From Psilocybe cubensis (lineage: Eukaryota), in NCBI GenBank assembly GCA_017499595.2, contig CM039003.1:558001-622000 (forward strand): a DNA stretch of 64,000 nt, given 5' to 3'. The translations under genes were made by a program, and so were the position numbers. The notes below the pieces were generated by a model. The model saw nothing but the letters and a program-made list of their open reading frames with translations. It searched no databases and was not told the DNA's origin. Below, in pieces: positions 37,011 to 50,039 of this stretch (its first letter is position 1; every line of letters starts with the position of its first letter).

Positions 37011-38639
37011 TGAAGATCGAAGTTTGTGATTGGTTATAAACTATATGTAATCCAACAAACACAAACCCCAGGGAAAGAGTGGTCCAGACTGGATAGGACA
37101 AAACCTTCTCCTAAGTTTCTTAAGGGAGGACGCTGCCTAGGATTTAAGTAGATTAGGATGGTGTGGATTGTGAAGGGTAACAAAAGCGAAATAGTAAAAA
37201 GAGGATAACCGGGTCGTCTGGGTACGATAGTAAATAAGCCTTCCGAAAATGGGATGGAACTGTGGAATTGGATGGCGGGTGTATATGGAAAGCGTGAAGA
37301 AGATGCGTAGAATGCGTATGAGAAATCAATAAATGTGAATCTTAGAGGGGTTGTCTGAAGTGAGTGGGGAACGTTCCGAGGGGAGATGAGAAGATGACTA
37401 GGGGTTGGAATGTCGTTAACGGGCTGAATCTTGGAGAATGGTGAAAGTGTCTTTAAATTGACAATCTTTCTGAAGCTTGGAATGAAGCTATACGTCGCAG
37501 GAGTATTCACTGAATCGAGGATGAAAGACTAAGTCTGTCTCGAATAAAATCGCTCCAGATGAGTTGACGGAGGGAAAGAATGTCTTGAATTCACTCCTAA
37601 CGGCGATGGTTGGAAGGTGTAGAAGGAGTAGGAGCGGTGACGGATTGAATGGAGGAGAGGAAGTAGGGAAGTACTGGAGGTCTGAATAGAAGTTGGATAT
37701 TCAATGCTGAGAAAAAGAGGCGTTGGATGAGGAGGATGACTGGTCTCGGATGAAATCCTCTCTTAATGGAAAGCGAGATGACTTTGGATGAATGGAAGTA
37801 AACTTGGTCTCGACGGAGGGTGGAACTGATGACTGAATTGGACTTGGGTTTGGACTTGGCTTGAACTTGAGCTTGGAATTGAAATGAATCGATGTGGATT
37901 GACTTGAAATTGACTTGACTTGGATGAAAATTGACTTGCTTTGAAGAAAGTGGGGACTGGGTGTAACTTTCCTGTCATTTCGTGTAATTCTACTACAGCT
38001 TTTATACTAAAAGCTACGTGAACGAAATACCAATCTGAGCTACTGAAAACCGAGTCATATACTGTACAAAGTGTCAAGAATGAGGCTACGCAAGTGTAAC
38101 AATAAGCAAGAATAATAAGACATGTCAATATCGACACGACAACAGACAAGAAATGAATAGGAAGAGTAAGAAAGAAGTGTATGACGAAGGTGAATGGTAA
38201 TACAGATTAGATAAAAGAAGCAAGGATGAGTCAGAAAGCATAGAAGATTGGTAAGACAAAGACAATAAAAGCGCAACAGACAATAGAAAAGATATAAATA
38301 AACACAAAAGGATGAGTAAGACAAACCAAAAATAAGTTGGAATGAGTAATCCGCAGCCTGACGCTGAGTAAGACCATTGAATTGATAAAAATAGAGTTGA
38401 CAGTCCGGCTGTGCAAGGCAGTGTAGAAAGCTGTGCAGTTTGATGGTTGACTGATCCGTCGCATAGCCTTGATGATCCAACGAAGTGACATGATCCGGAA
38501 TAACGTGGCTCCCATGTGACAAGTGTTGATAAGATAAGATGTGTGGATGACTTATGGAAAGAATGACTGCTTGGGTTGAGGGCGTCGTGTGTAGATCCAA
38601 AATGAACATCTCATCTCCAATCAGGATTGGGGTATGATA
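37011..38639 (-). repeat. 5' LTR of the gypsy element
   Basis: Direct repeat of 27148-28776, adjacent to the PBS. Confidence 0.97.
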
Positions 38640-39702
38640 GCGGTAAAACCACAAACCACATTTACTATGCAACTACTATTCAATGTTCAAATGGATCTCA
38701 ATCACTCGCCGCAGAATTACGCATGTTTGCCTCTCCTTCTCATCCCTACCTCCCAGACAACACCATTGTATTCACAGTTTCCAAAGTTTGCTTTCTAAAG
38801 GATATTGCTCTTTTGGATGCCATTGTGATGTTTCCTTTCCCTGGCAATCCTTCCGACAACGACTATGAAGATGCACTGCCTGATTGCTATTTCCCTTTTA
38901 TCCATGGTGTTGGCCATGTTGCTTCTTTGGGTATTCCATTGCCGGCCTTGCAAATGAATACTTTTACTCTCACCTTTTCCGAGTACGTTTGTGACACTTC
39001 TAGGAATACGGGACTGTGGTAAGTTCTGCTGCTTTCAATTACTAATCATCCTTCTGATGTATTTTCAATCATGTTAGTGCCGGATATGACCTCAAATGTG
39101 CTCAATGGCAAAGAGTACCAATCCCAGCTTTAAACTCTTGCGTGTCTGTCTTTGGTACTATGCATTCAATTTTTCCCAAGGGTGTGGTTTGTTTTTCTCT
39201 TAAGGACATTGTTCTCAATATTAGACCACACTCTTTTGGGTCTTTGCTTTCCGATCCTGCTTCATCTGTGACTTCTTCTGCAAATGTCCCTCCTAAGTGA
39301 CATCATTTTAATGCAGTCTTACCTCAGATGTATGTTTTTCAAAATTAATTCATGTTTGGTTACTTAACCCAAATTCACAGGCCAAATATTTCCAAGTCGC
39401 AAAGTCACAATGTTGACAATACACTTGATTCCACCAATGTTACAGCAGATTCAGTTATTGTGTAAGCTTTTCTATCATTTTCAACATGCACTTTGATAGA
39501 TGGATTTTATCAGTGAACCTTTGCCAGTTGCTTCAACTTCCAGTTCTCCATTGCAACCTTCCGTGTTGTCTCATTTGGATTCTATGCCCGTGACAGTTCC
39601 GAAACATAAAGGTCGGAAAGGAAAAGAAAAGAAAAGTTTGGATAATAGTAACCCAGTTGATGACTCCAATTTGGTTCCGACTATTGTTTTATCAGCTTCT
39701 GC

Positions 39703-41761
39703 TAGAGATGCCGAAGTTCAGTTCAGTTTGGTTTAGGGCCCATTTTTGCTGAACCAAGAACCAAACTGACAAAAATTCTCCTGAACCTGAATTGAACTGA
39801 ACCCGAACCATGAGAACCGGTTCTGTCAGTTTGGTTCAGGTTCAGTTCGGGTTCAAACTGCCTAAACCGATGAAAAATTTTAAACAATAATATACTATCT
39901 GTAATTTTTGTGTAATTTTTGTTTAAGAAGATGCCTTGTAGACATATATTGAGCTTGGTGCCAACATGGAGCAGGCGAGCCGTAATTGCCGGGTGGTGAC
40001 GTCACATGACCTGCCGGGTGGTGACATCACGTGACCTGCCGTGCATTCATTGTTGGTTTGGTTTCTCAACTTACATGTTCACTTCCTCCTACGCAGTACG
40101 CACCCACCAACCTCTACCAACCCGTGCCATCAAGCAACAAGAAAAGGGGAGTAAGAAGAGTAAAGAGGAGACCCATGTAGTGGGAGACCCATAAGGTGTG
40201 TGTAACATTCCATCTTGAGTTGTAGTGTTACTGAGAAATTCCTTGCCACCCACTCTCTGCACCCCTGATACGGTCCTTTACTCAACAAGCAGCTTCAATG
40301 CTGCTCATCTCATTGCCTCCGTCTTCGCACATCTGTCGCACCTCTGCCTCCACCTTTGCCAGACAAGCAGGCTTTAATCTGCTCATCTTGTTGCCTCCGC
40401 CTTTGGGCCCACAATCTGGCCGCATCCGCATGTGCACAATGAGCCTCTTCCAACCTCCCTCATCTTGTCCCATCTGACAAACGCCAGGGAGGTACAAACA
40501 ACAACGACAAGCAAGCAATGCTTGTTGTCGTTGTTTGCTTGCTGCCATCCAACCAGCAATAACGAGTAGCATTATTGCTGCTTGTCTTGTTGCCCCTGTT
40601 CCCTCGTCTGGCCGCCAAGTAACCAACAACAACGAGCAGCAAAGCTCGTCTTGTGGCCTCCGTCTTCGCACGACGAGCAGTATTGTTACTGCTCGTCTTT
40701 GCCTCTTTGCCTCCGCCTTCACCCGACAAGCAGTTTAATCTGTTTGTCTTCACCTCCTTGCCTCTGCCTTTGCCTAATGAGCAGTTTAATCTGCTCATCT
40801 TTGCCTTTCCGCTTTTGCCAGGCAAGCAGCATTAATTGCTGCTCATCTTTGCCTTTGCCTTTGCCAGACAAGCAGCGTCTTGCCACGCGTCTCCTTGCCT
40901 CTCCGCTTGCGCCAGGCAAGCAGCATTAATTGCTGCTCGCCTCTGTCTTTGCCAGACAAGCAGCGTCTTGCCACGCTGACCCTCTGTCGCGCCCTTGTTG
41001 AGGTGGAGGCGAGCAGATGAGTAGCGCCGTCTTGTCGCCTCTGCCTTTGCCTTATTGAGGCGGAACAACGAGCAGCATTAAAGCTGCCCCTCTCGTTGCC
41101 TCTGCCGCCTCTGCCTTTGCATAATGAGTAGCTTTAATGCTGCTTGTCTCGTTGCCTCCGCCTTTGTCCAACAAGCAGTGTCAATGCTGCTCTCACTGTG
41201 CCTGTCATTCCCCATGCCGTCACCGCCTGTCATCTTGTTGCACCTCCACCTCAACAACAGTGTCTAGGGATATGTCTCGGCTGCGCGTTGCTGCCGCTAT
41301 TGCTTACTTGCTTGAAATGCTGTCCCTGCTCCTCATCTTTGTGTTGTTTTGCTCATTCATATATTTTGTAAATGTATATAGTTACATGTAATAATATATT
41401 ATCATTATGATGCCTACTCTCTGACATTTGAGCCATTGATATTATGTAATAACTCTGAAAGCCGTTACAATTAAAACTCAGCTTGAAAACTGAGTTCCAA
41501 TGACTCATAGTGTTTTCAGTTTGCAGAACGACAAGTTCTGCATCTAAAATTGTGCACCTAAAATTGTGAAAATTTCTGCATTAAAAGTTTGGTTCAAACC
41601 AGTTCGAACCTGGTTCTGCCAGGGAGGCTCCATGCCCAAACCGAGGACCGAACCGACAGAGATGTTGGCCAAACCAGAACTGGACTGAACCCAAACCGTT
41701 GGTTTGGTTTGGCCGGTTCTCGGTTCTTGCATCAGTTCGAAACCAAACTTTGACATCTCTA
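39703..41761. mobile_element. Non-autonomous hAT-type DNA transposon (2059 bp)
   Basis: TIRs TAGAGATGCCGAAGTTC / AAACTTTGACATCTCTA, perfect 8-bp TSD GCTTCTGC, GAACC/GGTTC subterminal repeats, no transposase seen. Confidence 0.93.
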
Positions 41762-43073
41762 GCTTCTGCTTCTATCTAATATTTTTTTTGTTCTATTATC
41801 ATTTTTAATTTGGACCTTCTTGCTGAATTGGGTATGTTCTTTTAGTATATTCAAATAGCCCTGTCTCCATAGCTTATTTATTTGCTTCGGACTGTCCATG
41901 TCATTATTATCTTAATTTCCATCTATTAACCAATATTCAATACAAACTTTACCATTTCTCTATTGCTTTAATGCCTTTGGTCCCGTGTTTGCAGGCTTTT
42001 GTAGCCTTGGAATTCTGTCTTTTATTGCCTCAAGCATATTGCCATAGTATGTGTTCATTGACTATCTTTTTCAAAGTGGTTAACTTCAATAACATGCTTA
42101 GTAGACAGACGTACCACCCGTCAATATTTTTTAGCTGACACTACCATTTATTATCCAAATTCTGATGTCCACAACTTTATTTTGCTTATCATCAATTCAG
42201 TCTGGAATTTCAGTATATTTGAGTGTATCCAACATTTAGCTCATACAATTGCGGTTTGTTGTTAATCTTATAACCCTGTGTTTCTGATTATTCATTTTGG
42301 ACTTGATTTTAGCCTAATCCACTGTTTATTCACGTCCCATCTTTGGACGCTGTAAGACTTCTTAAAACACACGCTACTTTTATGTTTGCGTGGCTTGAAA
42401 GAATGTCTTTTCAAGCAAATATCTCAACTGCTGCAACATACGCCATTCCCTTCCACATTTCCACTAACTCTTATGAATTACGTCCTTTTGCCTTGGCATA
42501 CATGCTTTTGCGGTTCCAAGAGCAGAATATCTGTGACAGTGATTACCACAAATTCAAAATGCTTGGTTTGTGCTATCAATTTACTTCAAACTCTATTTAT
42601 GGAGTGATGTTCTTTGACAACAAATTCAAATATGCTTTTTCTGAAGCAAAATCGCTGGAATTTCTTCATAGTAATGGGTTTGCAACCATTTCCAACACCA
42701 TGGTCCAAACTTGGAACAATCATAACTACAATTTGCTAGACAATAATCCTCAGTTAATTGTTTTTGTTCACCACGCACGGTATTGTGATTATGCATCTTT
42801 TTCATATTTGTAACTAATTGTATTAGCATTCTAGCGCTGCAACATTGACCCTAAGTATTGAGGCAATGCTGCTCAGGTGCATAAATTCTAACTATTGTTT
42901 AATAGACTGCACTTTCACTTCAACTTCATTGGCCTATTTATAGTCTTACATTCAGCATCCTTTTTAATGTATTTTGCTTTTGTATTCTGTAACTTCTCTT
43001 CAATTCATATGCCTGTGTTAATTTATAACAACATTAAATTATCAATCTACTAAAATCTCTTTTTCTATCAACG

Positions 43074-46000
43074 ATGGTGTCCCACAATCCCTACACCAAT
43101 TCACGTTGGACAATTGGTCCAATTTCTTCTCCAAACTTGCAATGGGAGGCTATTCGCAGAAATTCAATACACAAATGTCCAACATGCGGAATATTTTTAC
43201 TTACTGGAGAAAATCCTGGCTTCTGTTGTGGTCCGTGCGGCTTGAGATTTGCTAATGTTACACCACTTCCGCCTCTTCCAGATGAATATAATCAATTTAT
43301 CAACAATCTAAATATTTCCTGCAACAGTTGCATATTGAACCTGATTTTTTCCTTTGCATCATTAGAAACAACACATAACTTTCCAAACATACCAGGAGGT
43401 TCTTCTTTTATAGCCATTCAGGGAAAGATCTATTACCGTGTCTGCTCCATACATAATTCTTTAGCTGTTAGATGGCTTCTTCATAATGGGTTCCTATTAA
43501 ACCAAACACAACCACATAGTGAGCTAGGCAACACTATACCCCATACATGGAAAGAGGCTCTACGCTCTGCTTTAATGTGTGTGAATCCCTTGGTATCCTC
43601 CATTTAAAATTTGGCCACCTTGGACACATCAATGTGTCCAACAGCACATTTAATCCTGCAAAATCAGGGAACATCTGGCAAGATTGCTGCCATTATGTCT
43701 TTTAAAAACTCCATACAGTCAGAAATCAAAAGCCGAAGACTGATCATATCAAAAGCATATACCTTGGTTTGGAAGGTTCCCATAATTAGTCGTCTTTGGG
43801 AATCCCTTGCATATCCCTTATTTTTTCCCTAAGAAACTTTGGGCTAGGATATCATTGGGAGTGGCCATGATATACATCAACAACTACCCAATGTTCCAGA
43901 TGCCAATACACAAACAACACAAATGTGGCATTACCGTGCATGATTGCTGCGTAAAGAAAGATTTGCTATCTTTGGTTGTTTAACAAATAAATATTTGGTT
44001 GATATGTTTACTCGGGATCTGGAAACACAACTCTCCTATATCCGCAGCAACCAACAACGCCTATGTAACAATGATGCAGCATTAATGGATGACAAAGAGT
44101 TGGAACCAAATGAAAACATCTACTTACCGGCTTCATTTCTTGGTTCCAATTGTTGGGCATCAGAACAAATTGCGGATTTTTTGGCCATTACTGCATCTGA
44201 AGAAAATCCAACTTTCTTTGTCACTATGATCTGCAATCCTGATTGGCCTGAAATCACATCTCAGTTATGGCCAGGCCAAAATTTCTCAGACATACCAATT
44301 GTGGTAGTGCGAGTGTTCAAACAAAAGCTTTCGTTGCTCCTACAAACTTTAAAGTCAATGTTTCTAAACGCAGGCGGTTTACGATACTCAATACATGTTG
44401 TTGAATTTCAGAAACGTGGCCTTCCTCATGCTCACATTCTCATTAAAATGTTTCATGACTGTGTCACTCCCGAGGACATTGATATGGTTGTCTCTGCCAA
44501 AATGCCTTCAGATTCTTATGATGCTAGATTGATTAGGAAGTTCATGCTTTACAAACATCCACAACCGGAAGACCCTCCTTTCATATATTGTCAACGGATT
44601 TCACCTGATGATCAGACACGCACATGCCGTTTCAACTATCTACAGAATCTTCAACCGTTAACAATAATTGATTCCGAAGGACATGTATCATATAGGCGTC
44701 GAAATTCTGGAGATGAGAATGTTGTTCCACATTGCCTGCCATTGATTCAAAAATTTTAGTATTACATTAACATTGAAATTGCCAGTACTTTCCATGTTTT
44801 CCAATACCTATTCAATTACATACATAAAGGTACGTTGATCATGTCAGTGTTGAATGATTTCTCATGCTGGCTAATAGATAAAAGGTCCAGACAAGACTCG
44901 CTATACTGTCAAATCAACCAATGCTGCAGATCCAATTGATGAAATTGAGGAATATTGGAATGCACAATATCTATCAGCAGGAGAAGCAGCATGGCGGATT
45001 ATGAGTTTTCACATTACCAAAAAAAAACCCTCTGTTACTTCTCTATCCATCCATTTGAACAATGCCTCTAATCAACATCAACAATACACTCAAAGAGATG
45101 GAAGCAAAAGTAGTCTTTCACTTCTGGACCATTATTTTTTGCAACCACTGGGCAATTTCACACTTGATGGAACCATCCGCTCTTTTGTGTCCCTATGTTA
45201 TAAAGAATATTATGCTCTCTTCTGGTTGGAAAGATACACACCTAAAAATAATGGGAAAATTAATGTTTTTATTGAAAAGGCCAACCTATCAAACTCACCT
45301 CAAAAACATGTCATTTTACGGAGCACAGCTAATAAGCACATCACCTAACTTCAAACAATCAAACCCACACAAGGCAAACCTTTCTATTTGCAATCTATCC
45401 TGGCTCAAAAGCCTGTAGCATCCTTTGATGATGCACGCACAGTCAATTGGAGGCGCCTTACTACTTATTAGGCTGCGGCAATTGAACTGGGACTATTTGG
45501 AGAACAAACTAAGGCAGAATATGCCTTTCAAGAAGCTATACAGGCACTTAGTACTCCCCATCAGTTGCGTGTACTAATGACTCACCTTCTCGTGAACAAC
45601 TGCATCCAATCACCTATTGTATTCTGGAATCTTTTTGCAGAACATGTATGCCTTGATTTATATCATCAACACAACAATTCTACAGAGGTGTCTTAAAACT
45701 TAGCTTTACGTGAAATCAACCGGATGCTCAGTGAATATGGCAAATCTTTGGAAATATTTGGCCTTCCCCAGATTGAGGAATATTGCCACAAAGTTGCTTT
45801 TGAACTTCAACGTTGGGGACCTATTTGCGAACCATTGGCACAATGAGCACACTAGGCATATTCTTGGTTCAATGTTGACCAACGGGATTTTTATAACAGG
45901 GTGTTAGAAGCAACAATCAAAGACAGAGAAGAGTATCTCTTTCTTCATGGTCAGGCGGGAACTGGAAAAACAATAACTCTGAACGCACTATGCAATAAAC

Positions 46001-47277
46001 TTTGATCTATGGGAAAAATTGTTCTCCCAATAGCATTATCGGCATTTGCTGCTCTTCTGTATGAAGCCGGTCAAACTGTTCATGCAATGTTCAAGGTGGG
46101 TAGTAATTTATTACTTTGATATTTTGTTATACTCATAATTGGGCAGGTACCTGTTAGTGAATGAAATGAGATCTTGATATTGACCATCAAACTAGATGAT
46201 TCACGGGCAGACCTAATACAACATGCTTCAGTAATCATCTGGGATGAAGCACCAATGGCCAATAAAGCAGTTTTTGCCTGTGTTGAAGAGACCTTGCGCC
46301 AAATTATGAACACTAATATGCCATTTGGAGGCAAAGTTGTGATTCTTTTGGGTGATTTTTGTCAAACATGCCCTATTATCCCAAAGAGTGGTAAACAGCA
46401 AGTCATCAATGCATGTATCAAGTCCTCACCACTATGGCCACTATTTCAACCAGTCACTTTCACGCATCTCATACAAAATGCAGCAGACCCCGATTTTGCA
46501 AATTGTATGAATGCTATTGGTGATGGCGCAGGTCCTGATGTTCCTCTGCAAGAAATGCAGACCACGGAGTCATTCGACGAGATTGCGGACTTTGTATTCC
46601 CTGAACAGGTGTTAGCCAACCCGGCTGAGTGTGTCACAAGATGCTTACTTGCGCCTATAAATGCTCAAGTTGACTAATTCAACAATTATATCCTAGACCG
46701 CATACAGAGACAGGAAAGACTCGGCATAGCAGCCGATTCATTGAAGGAGGTTTTAAATGCTGGATTGGTTCCTCTAAGTAGTGCATTAGACTGGGCAAGG
46801 ACATGTCTAATCAAAGGAATTCCTTCATACCTGTTGAGATTAAAAGTTGGTAGAATTTATTGACTAATGCGGAATATGAGCATGGAGCGGGGGTTGGTGA
46901 AAAGTGTCCGGGTCATGGTTATTGCAATCTTTCCAAGATTGGTCACTGTGAGGCGCTTTGGAAATCAAGATCAGCTTGGGGATAATGAAGATACTGACAT
47001 ACTCCTACCTCAAATCATATTTGAGCATGTCTTGCCTTTAGGACACATGCTTCAACAACATCAATTCCCACTTGCACTGGCATATGCATGTACCTTTAAT
47101 GGTTGTCAAGGATTAACACTGAATCACATTGGGATGGATTTGACAATACCGGTGTTTTTCCATGGACAGCTGTACACCGCAATTTCTAGAGTTTGGCAGA
47201 GAAATGATGTCATATTATAAATTCCGCCTGGAGAAACCAAAACAATAAATGTAACATATGAGGAGATTTTGATATAG
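43074..47277 (+). pseudogene. Helitron Rep/helicase (HUH endonuclease plus Pif1-family helicase), many stops
   Basis: CPTC...FCC zinc motif, FFVTMICNPDWPEI, VEFQKRGLPHAHIL, GQAGTGKT, IIWDEAPM, FGGKVVILLGDFCQ, QFPLALAYACTFNGCQGLTL, HGQLYTAISRV. Confidence 0.96.
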
Positions 47278-48349
47278 TCCATAGATGACTGCATGTGTGC
47301 AATTAGTGATGTACACAAAAATACTGAATCTGCCTGACAATTCTGGCCTGTAAGGACTGTCTGAGGGATAAGGCTAGCGCGAAGACAAGTGGTGCAGGCA
47401 TCGAGGGACGGAACTGTTGTCCACTGTGATGTGGAATGCGGCGGGTACTTGCCTAATTCAGCCATAGTCACATTCTATGAGACGCGTCTTGCAAAAACTA
47501 TCACAATCCAAATAAGTAAATGGTGAGGTCAGAGCGGTACAATGATGCAAACCTTCAGCCAGGCTTCAGCTATGGCTCCAGGACTTTGTCATCATATCTT
47601 GCGGATTGTGCCAAAATGTTTTAAAGGTCCGCAAGGATTAACAATATAGCATGCGTAAACTGAGCTGGACTACCTGAACTTCAAAAAGACAAGCCAAAGC
47701 AAAGCAAGGTGTGGCTTGTACTTATCTTATCCATGTTGGAGGCTCATACTGCTAGTATCCATCATTATTTAACTAGTAAAAATGAGTTGTAAAAATGTCA
47801 ATAATGAAAAAATATGATCTTTACCATGTAAATAAAAATACTTTTCACAGATGAGAATAATGTAAAATTTTAAACTCTTTGCAGTGTTTTCACCACTAGA
47901 AAAATTATTACTTTTGCCTGAATATTTACACAAAAATGGAGTTTTCCTGTGAAAATGCCCATTTTTGCATTGAATTTATAAAAAAGAACTTTTTTCCCTT
48001 GTAAAAATGAGTATTTTTATAACTACAAGAATGTGACAAATAGTTTAAATCTTTGTGTTCTTTTATTTTGTCAAATATATATATAAATTTACTCAGTTAA
48101 AACTATGTTTTCATTATTGATATTTTTGCAATATATGTTTATGAGCCAAAAATTAATGGGCACCAGCAGTATCAGCAACCTTGCCTCTTCTTCCTGACTC
48201 AACCACTAACTCCAACATTTATATTTTCTTTATTTTAACTTATCCCTTTCTTTTATTCCTTAATTTCTTTATATTCATTATTCCTAGATCTCTAGAAAAC
48301 TATTGTGTTTAGAATAACAGAAAAACATTGAAAGAGAAAACTCATGCAA

Positions 48350-49350
48350 AAAGAATCTGGATTAATGTTGTATTCAATTGTCCTTGGGTCTACATCTTAT
48401 AAAGCATACAAGATATTGGTATTTGCATTTATACCTGCAGTATTTGAGTATTTTGTCAATCTCAAATTATTCCACATCATTGACCATTACCAATCCAGAT
48501 TTATTGACTGTCCTAGCAGGGTATTTGCTGTTATTATTTGATCAAAAAGGTCTAATCAAACTTATATGGAAGATAGGAAAAACATTTGGTGCATTTGGCA
48601 TGTCAAGGGTTGCTGTAAACATAGTATCATGGATATTGATTATAACATATAGACTATTATATACCCAGGCATAAATTTGACTATTCATTAACATTAAGTC
48701 AATTTGTATTTCTTTTGTATATTAAGGATACTGAGCATAATAAGGTTACCAATCTTATACTCTCTTGTCACTGAGCAATATTTATTAGTTTTGTAGATTT
48801 GCATCACTTTTGCAATCAACAAATTGTCTTAGGCATTTTGATCACATTTCTTGCCAATATATACTCAGTAGAAGCTCTAGATAGTGGCTTAATGAGTGGT
48901 TGTAAAATTTTTGGAAAATAGCCAAAATACAATTGAAATAAAGTATAACTTGTTAATTTATTAATGATATTTATTATCTAAAACCAAATTTGTAGTAAGG
49001 CTCATTTCTATCCTTGCTGGTTTTATTCTATATGAAATGAAATACACTAAATGATAGTTTTATTAATTTTTTTACTGGCTCCATTAATTTTTGAATAATA
49101 AGCTGTCAAAGCTTTATATTTTATACTAGTAAAAATAGTCAAATATCTCCAAAATTTTGATATAAACAATTTATTATAATCCAATATAATGGAATCTGGT
49201 AATTTGTTCTCACCATACCAATTATTAAAAAAGCACTATTAATTTCTCAATAGATATATTAATATTAGTAGATATTAATTGTATATCAGATCCTAACCAA
49301 TCTATAATAGTAAAAGCATAGTCAGAACCATTATTTAGTAGTAATAGTCC
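48350..49350 (-). pseudogene. Heavily AT-eroded chromovirus (gypsy) integrase plus chromodomain fossil
   Basis: Manual translation: ENKLPDSIILDYNKLFISKFW...TAYYSKINGASKKINKT...KFMPGYNSLY...TLDMPNAPNVFPIFHISLIRPF...FEIDKIL...YQYLV. This is the integrase/GPY/chromodomain pattern after C->T and G->A changes. Confidence 0.8.
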
Positions 49351-50039
49351 AATAAAAGCTCCCTACTCTAGGGGTGTGGCACTAGCTGTGCTCCCTATCT
49401 TGTGAAAGAAGCCTACTGCAGTGCTGCAGTGGACAGATTGACATTATATACTCCCAAGTTTCCTTCTCGGTCCAATCTTTTTAATTGTTCAGTTGCACAA
49501 ACCAATCAGTCTCTCAATAGCCTAAGTAAACAGTTACATAGTAGTAGTACCTACACTTGTATTGACAGAAGATCATACTGCTATCATGCACCAGTATATA
49601 AATTATTGATTTTAAAAAAAAATTGGTCCAATAAAATTTACAGCAATATTAGTACAATAATCCATCGGCAAAAGTGACCAAGTCCCAAAATGCCATTGCT
49701 GCCTTTTTAAGTAGGTCAACGATTCATGTGACATGAATATGTCGCACGAACCATTTAGCTAAAATTTCAAGGCGCCCAAGACATTTGGAAGGCATTTGGA
49801 GGCCCGGTCAATGTTTCTACAACCCAAAATTTATTGCAAATGATTCCATGTGTCTACAGTCAATATTCAACGATTTGTACGCTATACAACTATGAGGGAA
49901 TAATTGAGCAAAAACAGAAATGAAGACCAAAACATTAAGTTTAAAGTTTCACCCATCGAAATGATTACAGTCATTGACACGCAGACAAAATCATTTCGCA
50001 AGTATAAAATTTGTTGACCTTACTATTTACAACACCAAG

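Larger units (their letters stand above)
27148..38639 (-). mobile_element. Full-length Ty3/gypsy LTR retrotransposon (11,492 bp)
   Basis: Two 1629-bp LTRs, TSD GCGG (27144-27147 and 38640-38643), PBS-like TGGAGCCCACCGCG (~36995-37008), and gag-PR-RT-RH-IN domain order. Confidence 0.98.
27074..41779 (+). pseudogene. Helitron accessory gene (putative tandem OB-fold/RPA-like), split by the gypsy and hAT elements
   Basis: Removing the gypsy element and one TSD gives MSSLMIHGFFALAKGRHASSSRPGG|KTTNHIYYATTIQC...ELRMFASP...LPDNTIVF...FPGNPSDNDYEDALPD...GVGHV, with later exons at 39078-39702. The last codons follow the hAT element (stop 41777-41779). Confidence 0.7.
26300..47755 (+). mobile_element. 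Helitron (about 7.9 kb core plus nested gypsy and hAT insertions)
   Basis: Putative 5' end A|TCTTTACTTATGTAAAGA at 26300, RepHel pseudogene, subterminal hairpin ACAAGCCA...TGGCTTGT (~47688-47719) and CTAG|T at 47752-47755; A|T target with no TSD. Confidence 0.75.

Noticed and set aside
40282-41391. Cluster of short ORFs inside the hAT element
   Set aside because: They arise from the low-complexity repeat array and show no protein motifs.
47894-47906. CACTAGAAAAATT as a CACTA terminus
   Set aside because: No matching inverted end or TSD found; the region is very AT-rich, so a chance match is likely.
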